Of a stretch of DNA of 64,000 bases, positions 11,470-22,930 are shown in pieces. A model generated the notes under the pieces. The model made no database searches and was not told where the DNA came from. It saw only the letters and a list, made by a program, of their open reading frames with translations. Position numbers and translations under genes: made by a program. How positions within the stretch are numbered: position 1 is the first letter of the stretch; every line of letters begins with the position of its first letter. Origin of the DNA: Takakia lepidozioides (taxonomy: Eukaryota; Plantae; Bryophyta); assembly GCA_030704615.1 (NCBI GenBank), contig CM060732.1, positions 30,628,001 through 30,692,000 on the forward strand, given 5' to 3'.

Positions 11470-11649
11470 GACGACCTGCGTGTAGCCCAATGGTAATGGG
11501 CACATACCATGTTGGATGTGGTTGTGGGTTCACGGTCTGGTGTGTCATGAAGGTGTCCACCTTCCTAGCGGAAGGCAGTAGCCCTTGGGGGTGAAGTGAC
11601 TCCATAAGGTAGGCTTCCTTCAGGAGGCGTCATACTTTTCTTTTTTTTT
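11470..11649 (+). mobile_element. tRNA-derived SINE-like element (~180 bp) with poly-T tail and 11-bp TSD
   Basis: A-box-like TAGCCCAATGG (~11483), degenerate B-box GGTTCACGGTC (~11528), T-rich end. AAATTAGCCAA is duplicated at 11459-11469 and 11650-11660. Confidence 0.7.
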
Positions 11650-11934
11650 AAATTAGCCAAAGGCGATGTCACATCGCTATCCGAAAGGAGGTGGCTAAGT
11701 TATTGCATGCCTTGGGAAAGTGGCAATTGCATGTGGGGCCCATTTGGCGGCTGCATGCAAGTGCTAACCGCTAGGAGCCATCAGAACGGCACGACGACGA
11801 ACCGGTGGTCGACGTAGGGCCCCAACCCCTGCCACCTTGGAAGTGCACAGTAATATCCTTGTTGAAAGTTCGGTAAAAGCACACGTTTCTTGAGCAGAGT
11901 TTGGAGTTCGTCGTTCCTCATCGTGTAGAGCCCA

Positions 11935-14900
11935 ATGGAGCCCAAAACAACTTGCATGAATGTTGTTGAAAGCTCACTAGCACCCCTCAGTAAAGGACCA
12001 TGTCAACATGTTGATGCTGTCGGATTTTCGATCACAAACCTCTACCTTGGAGCACGGAGCAGAGCTGGCATGAGTTTTTTGAAGATCCTTCACGAGGGTG
12101 GGAGAACCGCAATCGCAAGGTGTGTCTTTTTCTCAATGTACGATGTGAAGAATTTTGTCCATTCTGCAAATGTGGGCTCTTGGCTCCTGTTAGTACCATG
12201 ATTTGGTATTCTTCCTGATGTTTACAAGGTTCTTGGGAGAGTCAGCGTGGTCTTAGCAGGCCGTGTTTCTCATCTGCACCGTGGTGGTTCTCACAGACCA
12301 ATCCGAGATTACCTCACTACAGACACAAGTAGCACACACAAGAGGTCCTTTTGGGTTGATGGTGGGTCAAATCCTCCATGGGTCATGACACAAGGTCAAG
12401 GACAATGTGGTGAGGGCGCCTTCTTCTTCGACCTATTTCAGCCTGTTTTGCGCTCTCATCACACTCGGCCCTGAATTTGCATATTGAATAGGGTGTCTGC
12501 ATCCAAGTTGTAGCCTTTCATTTGCCATATGTTGCAGTGGATCTGTGGTGGTTTGGAATGAATTTGACAAGTTAGTGCCGATGTGGCAGCAGGAAAGTAT
12601 CCAAAAACAGATAACAGAGACGAGGAGAAGCTTTGGAATGAACACTTCTCGGACGTCAGTCAATGGTGGGACAATGGAGACAAAAAGGTGAATGCTGTTG
12701 GAAGCAGATGCAAGTCAGCATAGAAACTAGTGTGATAAGTATGGTTGGGGTGTTTGCTGGAAGAATTCTAGGCTGTCATTGTCTGTTGCTAGCAGCAAGG
12801 CAAGGATGTATGCATGATTTGTGCAGAGGCATGGATAGCTGAAGGATCAGGGATGGAGTGTGGGTCCAGATTCATCCAAGAGGGCCAGATTTCAAGCACA
12901 AGATTACCTATGATTCCCTGTGGATCAATAGCTACAAGAAACCTGCATGGGTAGATGGTGAACTGGAAGCCTCAGCAGCAGCGGCACAATTGATAAAATC
13001 AGGCACTGCTAATGCAGGCACCTTCTTCAACACATTTCACCCTATTTTTCCCTCTTATCAGAACCGGCCCTAAATTTTCATGTTGAATTCTGCAAGTTAG
13101 CTGGTTGAGTAACCTTTGATAGTTTGGAGGTGACTTTGACATGATACTGCCAATGTGACACAGGAAAGTATCCAGAAACAGGTAACGGAGACGAGGAGAA
13201 GCTGTGGAAAGAATACGTTTCTGACCCCAGTCAATGGTGGGACAATCGAGGCAAAAAGGTGGATGCCTATTGGATTACAGAGAGTAGCAGACGCAATGAG
13301 CATAGGAACTAGTGTGATAAGTATGGTTGGGGTGTTTGCTGGAAGAATTCTAGGCTGTCATTGTCTGCAAATCAAGGATGTATGCATGATTTGCAGAGGC
13401 ATGGATAGCTGAAGGAGCAGGGATGGAGTGTGGGTCCAGATTCATCCAAGAGGGCCAGATTTCAAGCACAAGATTAGCTATGATTCCCTGTGGATCATTA
13501 GCTACAAGAAACCTGCATGGGTAGATGGTGAACTGGAAGCCTCAGCAGCAGCGGCACAATTGATAAAATCAGGCACTGCTAATGAAGGCATCTTCTTCAA
13601 CACATCTCACCCTGTTTTTCCCTTTTATCAGAACCGGCCCTAAATTTTCATGTTGAATTCTGCAAGTTAGCTGGTTGAGTGAACCTTTGATAGTTTGGAG
13701 TGACTTTGACATGATACTGCCAATGTGACAACAGGAAAGTATCCAGAAACAGGTAACAGAGACGAGGAGAAGCTGTGGAAAGATTACTTTTCTGACCCCA
13801 GTCAATGGTGGGACAATCGAGGCAAACAGGTGGATGCCTGTTGGATTACAGAGAGTAGCAGACGCAATGAGCATAGGAACTAGATAAGTATGGTTGGGGT
13901 GTTTGCTGGAAGAATTCTTGGCTGTCATTGTCTGCTGCTAGCAGCAAGGCAAGGATGTATGCATGATTTGCAGAGGCATGGATAGCTGAAGGAGCAGGGA
14001 TGGAGTGTGGGTCCAGATTCATCGAAGAGGGCCAGATTTCAAGCACAAGGTTACCTATGATTCCCTGTGGATCAATAGCTACAAGAAACCTGCATGGGTA
14101 GATGGTCAATTAAAGGCAGCAGCTGCAGCGGCACAGCTGATAAAATCAGGCACCTCAACCATGACCACAGCTTCTGGAAGAGGATCAAGAGAGGGAGTCC
14201 ACAATTCCTCTTCTGCCACTTCTGGGCATGTGAAGATGCTTTGTGAGGCAGGCAGACTGAAAGAGGCTCTACAGACTTTAAACCAAGGAGGCATTTCAGC
14301 AGATTCAGGAACGTATGTCTGTCTCTTGTATAATTGCATCAAGGTGAAAGACCTGGAAGCTGGAAAGCAGGTGCACAGTCACATTATCCAAAGTGGATTC
14401 ACGCCAAATGTTTTTCTCCTCAGCACCCTTGTCAACATGTATGTTAAGTGCGGGAGCATCATGGATGCCCACCATGTGTTCAACAGAATGCCTCAACGAT
14501 CTTTGATCTTGTGGAATATAATGTTGGCAGGATTTACCAAGCATGGGTGTGGTAGGAATGCTTTGGAGACCTATGAGCAAATGATGGGGGAAGGGGTGAA
14601 GCCCGACCGCATCACATTTGTGTGCGTTTGCAGTGCATGTGCAAGCCTGGCAGCCCTGGAAAAGGGCAAAGAGGTGCATGGCGACATCATCAGAGCTGGA
14701 ATCGTACCAGATGTGATCCTGAACACTGCCCTGGTGGACATGTATGCCAAATGTGGGAGCATCGAGCATGCAAAGGGGGTGTTCGACAATATGGCTGAAC
14801 GAAATGTGGTGTCGTGGAGTGCGATGCTCGCAGGGTATGCACAGCAGGGGCGAGGGATGGAGGCTTTGGAGATGTATGAGCAAATGATGTGCGAAGGGGT

Positions 14901-16636
14901 GAAGCCCAACCAGATCACGTTTGTGTGCGTTTGCAGTGCGTGTGCAAGCCTGGCAGCCCTGGAAAAGGGCAAAGAGGTGCATGGCGACATCGTCAAAGCT
15001 GGAATCGTACCAAATGTCATCCTGAACACTACCCTGGTGGACATGTATGCCAAATGTGGGAGCATCGAGCACGCAAAGGGAGTGTTCGACAGTATGGCTG
15101 AACGAGATGTGGTGTCGTGGAACGCGATGCTCACAGGATATGCACAGCAGGGGCGCGGGATGGAGGCTTTGGAGACGTATGAGCAAATGATGGGGGAAAG
15201 GGTGAAGCCCAACCACATCACATTTGTGTGCGTTTGCAGTGCGTGTGCAAGCCTGCAGCCCCTGGAAAAAGGGCAAAGAGGTGCATGGCGACATCGTCAG
15301 AGCTGGAATCGTACCAGATGTGATCCTGAACAATACCCTGGTGGACATGTATGCCAAATGTGGGAGCATCGAGGATTCAAAGGGAGTGTTCGACAATATG
15401 GCTGAACGCAATGTGGTGTCGTGGAACGCGATGCTCGCAGGATATGCACAGCAGAGGCGCGGGATGGAGGCTTTGGAGACGTATGAGCAAATGATGTGCG
15501 AGGGGTGAAGCCTGACCACATCACGTTTTGTGCGTTTGCAATGCGTGTGCAAGCCTGGCAGCCCTGGAAAAGGGCAAAGAGGTGCATGGCGACATCGTCA
15601 GAGCTGGAATCGTACCAGATGTGATCCTGAACAATACCCTGGTGGACATGTATGCCAAATGTGGGAGCATCGAGCATGCAAAGGGGGTGTTTGACAATAT
15701 GACTGAACGAAATGTGGTGTCGTGGAGTGCTATGATCGCAGGATATGCACAGCATGGTTGTCATAGGGAGGTCGTGCAACTATTTGAAGGAATGCAAAAG
15801 AACGGCTTGAAGCCGGACAGTATCACCTTTATATGTTCTCTCTGCATGCAGCCACGCTGGCCTACTGAATGAAGGAGGAAGACGCTACTTTGATTCCCTG
15901 AGTCAAGATCATGGTGTCACTCCGACAGTAAAGCACTTTGGCTGTATGGTGGACCTTCTTGGACGTGCGGGACGACTGGATGAGGCAGTGGACCTGATTA
16001 CTAAAATGCCCATCAATCCAGATGCTGTGGTGTGGAAGGCCTTGCTTGGTGCCTGCAGAATCCATGGCAATGTGGAGATGGCTGAACGTGCAGCAACATC
16101 TATCCTCATGTGGGATGAACAGGATGCCGCGACTTATGTGTTGCTCTCAAACATCTATGCTGCAGCTGGCAGGTGGGATGATACTGCAAAGGAGAAGAAT
16201 GATGAAGGTCAAAGGGGTTAGAAAGGAGCCAGGTCGCTGCTGCATTGAGGTTGGCAACAGGGTGCACACCTTCGTCGTAGCTGACAAGTCGCATCCCAGA
16301 ATTAAGGAAATCCTTGCTGAGCTGATAAGATTGTCTGGGCAGATGAAGAAGGCGGGGTATGTGCCTGACACGCGCTTTGTATTGCATGATGTGGGGGAGG
16401 AGGAAAAGGAATTCTCTCTTTGCCACCACAGTGAGAAGCTGGCCATTGGTTTTGGGCTGATCAGCACGACCCCCAGGACACCTCTCCGTCTCATCAAGAA
16501 TCTTCGAGTGTGTGGTGACTGCCACACCTCGACCAAATTCATCTCAAAGATTGTTGGCCGAGCAATTGTTGTACGGGACGCTAACCGCTTTCACCACTTT
16601 GAAGATGGGATTTGTTCTTTGGGGGATTACTGGTGA
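11935..16636 (+). CDS. PDF-motif (OSB-type ssDNA-binding) x3-4 fused to a PLS-class PPR-E1-E2-DYW (PG-type) organellar RNA-editing factor; frameshifts in this assembly; start uncertain
   Basis: Inferred exons: ..12119, 12297-12409, 12593-12687, 12870-13002, 13164-13258, 13440-13572, 13735-13829, 14017-16636. Spliced motif [20 protein letters not shown]|[28 protein letters not shown]. The last PDF half runs in-frame into PPR (ORF 14005-15405). DYW has KEPG, SHP, HSEKLA, CGDCH, RFHHF and DYW. Frameshifts near 15260, 15500-15530, 15830-15880 and 16190. Confidence 0.85.
12580..14150 (+). repeat. Three tandem ~570-bp units, each a two-exon PDF module
   Basis: Near-identical exon and intron sequence at ~12580-13150, 13150-13720 and 13720-14150; ORFs [15 protein letters not shown] start at 12858, 13428 and 14005. 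Confidence 0.95.
14560..15755 (+). repeat. Four near-identical 303-bp (101-aa) P-L-S PPR triplets
   Basis: AAAGGGCAAAGAGGTGCATGG recurs at ~14661, 14964, 15268 and 15569. Confidence 0.95.
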
Positions 16637-17889
16637 AAGGATGTTTTCTTGGAAAGATGCGAGTGTCTTGCTTCATTCAGTGATCTGTGTAGCTACTCAG
16701 ATCATCCACCATTTCCTGGGAGTATTGACCATGATGTACTGTTGAGTGCATTTCCTGTGGCATATCCACGGGAAATGATAGTGGGGTCTACCCGGCATAG
16801 GTGGGAAGTCAGCCCATAATTGCACTTGACTGAAGGGGTGATATTGGGCTGACTTTGGTGACAGTAGATGGAAATCAGAGTGCTGTCCTAATTCTGGTTT
16901 GGGTGGTGGAGCTTCTCCAAAGCTTGAAGATGGAAGTGAATACGAATTTTGATGAGCTTGTTTAGAGGGGCTGCCCTATGCACAAGTTTGTTCAGCATCT
17001 TAAATTTGCAGATGTTTGTTTGTTTCTTGTGGTGTGGCTTTGGATGGAGCCCGTGACGAACTTGCATGAATATTGTCAAAAGCTATCCTTAACTCACCAA
17101 GATCCAATCCCATGGTGGCTGCTTGAAAGTTTTATATAGTGATCGGAAGGGTATTTGGGAATGTTGTTATTGATTGATGCCGCTTGACTCCCTCACAAGA
17201 AGTGATACTGCCAGTGTCGGTCCACCGACGCAGGTCTCTATCACTGGTGTGACTCCCAGTGTTCTCAGTAACTACTTGAGCTGCCAATCTCAAACAAGCC
17301 CAAGAAACCCTCCTGAATTCCCCTTCATGAAAAGTGAGGTCTTTTTCTCTTCCAGTAACCATCCAACATCCCAAAACCGAAGCTTTTGGTCCGTCATGTT
17401 GGTTGAATTAATATCAATTAAATTACACCCAACCAAGGGATATTCATGTGAATAATGAGAGGAAGATATGGTTACTGCTCCTCCTTTGGCTGTGAGTTTC
17501 AGAAGGATTTGTAGCTAGTTGTGGTGCGATGCTCAATTGTTGCGCAAAGGGTTGGGAGTTTTGTTTCAAGTTTTTGGGATAAAGTAAGCATATAGGAATA
17601 ATGCCACTAAAGTTTGCGGGGGCCCTATCCATTAGAGGATGGTCTAGGACCTAAAAGGGGGGATATATGTATCCCAGCCGCATGAAAAATAAAATCGACT
17701 AAAAGGGAGTTGACATCTGCGAGTTTGTTTGAAACTTATGAAGCCAGTGGTAAGTGACATTGGCCCCACGTGGCTGTTTGATGTGGGGGAGAACGTTGTA
17801 GAGTAGAGAACGTTCTAAGAGAGCCGGGAAAGTGTTTCGGTAGTCGCACCAGAACTCTACCAGTGTAAGAGGAGCGTAGTGGACAGTAC

Positions 17890-19239
17890 GAGAGACTGCA
17901 GATATCTAGATCCTGTGAATCAAAACTAATAGCGTTGAACCTGAGAGACAGAAAGCTAGAAAAGAAGTGATGTTGAGATGTTCTAAGGTGCAGCTAAAAA
18001 GATATGCAAATTGGCAAACAGACAGAACGACTTAGATGCTAATCTAATATGCAACACTAGAGAAGGAGTTTAATGCAATAGAGACAAAACAACCAAATGC
18101 AATGGAACTAGAGCAATAGATGATAGCAAACCTAAAGCTCAACAGCACAGAGCCAGAGACATTAACCCTCAAATGCAGAATAGTAGCAAATCTCTATAAA
18201 GTCCCATACTAGTTTCGCTGAACAATTGAGCTCATCAGTGGGAGAGAAATGGAATGAGGTACACAGAGCCTCACCCCCAGCTTATATGTTGCTGTAAGGG
18301 GTTGTCTCAAATAGGCACAAGCCTAGAATAGGTAAAAGAAAGTAATTTTTGTGTCTAAAAGATAACTTTATGCCTAAATAGAAAAAGATAACTTTTAAAG
18401 CCTAAAAATGGCTTGATGACGATAGTCAATAATCTCTCTCAAATATATAGGTAACTCATTGTAAACTTAACACAAATTAGATAAGAATATAAATCTCGAG
18501 TCTTTGTTCAAACTAAAAGCTTGTCAAAAGAAGCTAACTATAGAACTTTAGCAAAGCACTAACGAAGTTTAGGGTTTAGGACGTCCCTAAGATTTAGAAT
18601 AGAGTCAACTATGATTAGATTGAAAAGTCAACGGTGTAGAATGTTGTGCAAAGTCACAAGGGCTCACATACTCCAAGATAGAAAAAACTCGCGAGAGCCT
18701 CAAGCATGCAGATGAACATAGAACAATTGCTTGATCTAGGTGAAGCCTGCAACCGTGTTTCTTCTTGAAAATGAGCTTTAAAAGAATGGAGACAAATGTA
18801 GGAGTGCAACAAGATGCGGACCGCGAATGCACCGGGTGCGATAAGAACACAATCCGAACCAAAAGTTTTTAGGGAGGCCGGGTATGGGCGCCTTGAAAAC
18901 ACTTGTAGATATCTAGATCCTGAAAATCAAAACTAATAACGTTGATCTTGAGAGACAGAAAGCTAGAAAAAAAAGTGATGTTGAGATGTTCTACTCGATG
19001 CAACTGCATAGATATGCAAAGAGGCAAATATATGTGATTGAAACTCTTTCACTGGGATGACATGAGAATAGTACCATATCTCTTTTGCAAGAGAATAGAC
19101 ATAATAGAGAACGACTTAGATGCCATCTAACACGCAACACTCGAGAAGAAATTTAAAGCATGCAATAGATGATAGCAAACCTAAGGCTCGTTAAGAGAAT
19201 GGAGACAAATGTATCAGTAATGAAGTTTAGGGTTTATGA
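17890..19239. repeat. Host tandem repeat (units up to ~1.3 kb ending GAAGTTTAGGGTTTAG); left portion
   Basis: 17890-18582 and 18583-19239 are homologous to 30888-32168 (GATATCTAGATCCTG...GAGAGACAGAAAGCTAG; GGAGACAAATGTAG...). Confidence 0.8.
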
Positions 19240-19324
19240 TGTCGTGCGCATACGTATCGCTACACAACTACATCGCTGTCCAAACTACACCACACATATA
19301 TGCACAATAAAGTAGTCTACCACA
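19240..19324 (-). repeat. Extra terminal copy B2 of the first ~85 bp of the LTR, joined after the 3' LTR
   Basis: Matches 19679-19761. The element-strand junction CTTATCA-T-TGTGGTAG is an LTR-end/LTR-start fusion. Confidence 0.88.
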
Positions 19325-19325
19325 A

Positions 19326-19761
19326 TGATAAGAAAACTAAGAACACAGTGTTGACACAAGAAACATGAAAACCAACACCATCACTCTTTAAAATAGTAGT
19401 CGAGCCAGGACACCCCAAGCTATGGGGACTCCACCCCACAACAACCTATCCTCCCTTCATAAGCATACTCAGCTTCTAAAGCATGAAGGAGCTCGGTCGC
19501 GCAGGCTAAACTCGAGAGAGATGAGCTGCGCGACTGACGCTCTCGTGAAGATAAGATGGTTCAGGTGTCAAGCTCAAACTTGACACCTGACTTAACACTT
19601 GAACTAAATCCAAGTGTTAAATACAAATAACTAGTTTTATTCTAGTTAGTTTCACACTGTGTTTATTTAACTTGACAGCGTCGTGCGCATAGTATCGCTA
19701 CCAACTACATCGCTGTCCAAACTACACCACGCATATATGCACAATAAAGTAGTCTACCACA
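19326..19761 (-). repeat. Complete 3' LTR (TGTGGTAG...CTTATCA, 436 bp) = B1 (19761-19679) + A2 (19677-19326)
   Basis: Starts 2 nt after the PPT with TG and ends CA. The A part matches 30531-30883 (about 8-9 differences by eye); the B part matches 19240-19324. Confidence 0.88.
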
Positions 19762-20019
19762 ATCGCCCCCCCTAGCTGGTGGATAGGTCCCTCTAACTCC
19801 AGATAGCTACAAGATGTAATAGCCACAGCCGTACTAAGTCCCCTATCACTGTCCCTGTTGTACTCAAACTCTGTAGACCAAGAGGCCGGGTACAAGAGTA
19901 ACCCCATCGTTAGTCGTCGTCTTGCAATCTGTGAACTTGAGCCAGGATATCGTGTGTTCAAGGTCTCCTAGTAGCTTGGCCTTGCGTTTCTTGTTAGCCT
20001 TCCATTGTATCCAGTCCCA

Positions 20020-21300
20020 CTATCCAATGCAATGTGGACATAACCAATCCCCATCCGGAACCATCTCAAGAGGTGGAGTCAAGCATCCCATATGCCAACC
20101 TCTAGAGCATCGATCACACACCAGCATGGTGGCTGCCCCTCTAGCAGACCCACACAACATGCACCTCAAACTTGCAGATACCACTGCCAGGTTTGGGTCA
20201 ATCCTGCCATCGACATTCAGAATGTGACATGACGCACAATTACGCACATGGTCCTTCCAAGTTATGCCATCCCGACCCTCCAAGACCAAGATGCCTGAGG
20301 GTAAGACCTCTCGAACCCTCAAAATAACACGTCCTGCAGTCTCATCCAAGGTCGTAGGAGCAGTTTGCTGCAGATAGACGTAGTCACCAGGGTTGAATCT
20401 CCGAACCCCAGGACGATAGCCCCCACCACGTATGGTAGCATACCTCAACGTATCACGGTGTTGTGCAATGACAAGGTTCTCGAAAGCCATGGGCATGACT
20501 TTCTTGAACAACTCTGCACGCTGCTCACATGCACGTGCCCCACATCCGGATCGTCAAGATTAAGAAACTGTAGCAGCTTCTCTGCGAATGGATGTAGGCA
20601 AATCTGGCTCTCGGCCAAAAGAAGAAGAAAAATATGGTGAGAAGGAGGCAAGTGATGCTTGCTTGCTGAACCTGTAGCCCATGGCTAACCAGGGTAACTG
20701 AAGGTCCCAATCTCCTAGGTGTCCCTTCTGCAAGCCATACTTGCGCAAACCCCTCTTTACTGTCTGAACAACTCTCTCTGCCAAGCCATCGGCCTCAGGA
20801 TGATCCCGAGAAGTGGTGCAGTGGTCTATCAAGGCCTTGTCACACAAAGCCTGAAACTCCCCCAAGAACTCTCTCCCTTGGTCCGTGAATACCTCAGCTG
20901 GAGCACCGAATAGGCTAAGCACACAATCCAAGAATGCATACGCAGCTCCCTCACTAGCCTTATCAGGCAATGGAATCAACTCAATCCACTTGGATAGGGC
21001 TCCACCATCACCAACACATACTTGGGTGGCGCATGGTCAGTGGCAACAACCTGCGAAGTCAAGACTCCTGTAGCCCAATCCCATGATCGGAAGAGGGGTG
21101 CAATTGTGGAGTATGGGCGTTGAATGAAGCACGCACCCTGTCACACACCATGCACCTAGCCACAAATTGTTGCACCTCTGTGTGCATACCACGCCACCAA
21201 TACTGCCCCTGCAGTAGACTATGAGTGCGTCGCACCCCAAATGCCCCAACTCCTCATGGGCATGCGCACTAACCGTGCCCGTTGTGTTGGGTGAGGCACA
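20020..21300 (-). CDS. Integrase (HHCC, DDE core) with C-terminal PHD finger; frameshifted
   Basis: HEELGH..CMVC; SLDFAG; VFTDQGREF; HPEADGLAERVVQTVK; PHD CMLC..MLVCDRCSRGWHMGCLTPPLEMVPDGDWLCPHC at ~20165-20030. Confidence 0.9.
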
Positions 21301-21649
21301 ATCCTCACTCGACCATCCTCCCACACTCGGAGCAGATGTGTCTCCTCCCACTTGAACCTCTTGGCTCGTTGTAGGATCCGATCCCTTTCCTTGGCAGTCA
21401 CAGTGGCTGCAGTGTCTCCAGTGCGGAGGTAGTCCAACAACTGAATCCTCATGTATATCTTTGGCGTCACCTTGCTCATTGCTGGCCTCAGGGTCCTCAG
21501 ACACTTGATCTACAGTCCTCCCTGTTGCAGGTCCAACCTGGCCTTCCGCTGCCAAGATACACAGAAATGCAGATGCATGCCATCCGGGCACCATCCCCTC
21601 GTCCGTCTCACCATGCCACCGAGCTCCAGTGTCATCCTGTTGGCTCATG

Positions 21650-22930
21650 CATGGATTGCGACTCAACCCATCTGCATTGCGATTGACCAACCGGTCGATG
21701 CACCACCTGAAAGTCATACTCTTGAAGGATGAGTGCCCACCGTGCAAGCTTCCCTGTAAGCTTTCTGACTCCATCAATCTTGAGTGGTTGGTGATCCGTG
21801 ATAAGGGTGAAGAGATTGCCGTATAGATAGCACTGAAGTGTGCCACGGCCCACACTGCAGCTAAGCATCTCCTCATATGAGCTATACTTAGACTCTGCAA
21901 CGTTGTTCGAGCGGCTAGCATAAGCCATACGAACTCTCTTCCCTATCATCCCATGTGTGAGCACCGCTCCAAGCCCCAGCATGCTCCAATCTGTATGCAG
22001 CTGAAAATGACGCCCCTGATAGGTCGTCTCAAGATGGGCGCCGAGGTCAACCTCGCCTTGAGCTCTTGAAAAGCTTGTTCTTGCTCATCTTCCCACTGCC
22101 ACTCCTGGTCCACCTTGGTCAGCTTGGTTAGAGCCTTTGCAATGGCACTAAAACCCATAACAAAAACGTCTATAATAGTTTGCTAACCCCATGAAAGCTC
22201 GAACTCGGCTCACATCCGTGGGGCGTGGAACTGTGCAATGGACTCTACCTTAGGTCTGCTGTACCCCCAATCCTCCAGGATATATCATGTAACCCAGATA
22301 CTCAATCTGGTTGTGAAAAAAACTTGCACTTTCCCGGATTGTAACTTCAATCCATGCGCCGCTCAAGCACTCAATACCCCTGAAGGTGTCTCTCATGCTC
22401 CCTCCACCGTAGCACTAAAGATGATGATGTCATCTATGTAGCACCGAGCAAACTCCAACCCCTGCTAGAATCCTGTCCATGACTCTCTGAAACTCTGCCG
22501 AAGCGTTCTTAAGCCCAAATGGTAAGAACCGCCACTGGTATAGGCAATCCTTCCCGTGCTCATTGATCCCCCAGAATGTCCGTCTTTTGCTTCCGCCTCC
22601 TTGATCGGCAACTGGTGATATCCGGATCGTAAATCCAACGTGCTAAAGACCTTGGCATGCCCAATGGCATCAAAGATCTCCTCTGGTGTTGGCATGGCAT
22701 ACCTATCGGACTTGGTCTGACGATTTACAGGCCGGTAATCACCGCACATACGTCTCTCCGTCCAATTGCCAAAGACATCCTTCTTGGCTGGCATCACTGT
22801 GGCTGAAGCATACTCTCCCCCAGATAGCTCCACCAAACCAGCCTCCCAAAGGTCCTGAGTTCTCATCTGAATCAAGGACCTCTCCATGTCACTGTATCTA
22901 TAGGGTCTCCGAAAGATTGACGTGTCAGTA
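21650..22930 (-). CDS. Reverse transcriptase and RNase H (gypsy type); frameshifted
   Basis: RPYRYS, RMCGDYRPVN, STLDLRSGYHQ, LPFGLKNA, CYIDDIIIFS (~22441-22415); RNase H TDWS..GLGAVL, AYASR, ITDHQPL, NADGLSR. Confidence 0.93.

Noticed and set aside
11480-11550. Functional tRNA gene
   Set aside because: No convincing cloverleaf and a degenerate B box; it lies within a TSD-flanked, T-tailed unit and is better explained as a SINE.
14305-15779. Long minus-strand ORFs (415, 216 and 160 aa)
   Set aside because: Antisense shadows of the repetitive PPR coding sequence.
16228-16636. U-to-C type (DYW:KP) editing domain
   Set aside because: It has a PG box, HSE and a DYW end typical of C-to-U PG-type domains.
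18564-18581. Telomere or interstitial telomeric array
   Set aside because: Fewer than two full TTTAGGG units per site; it is part of a larger repeat unit.
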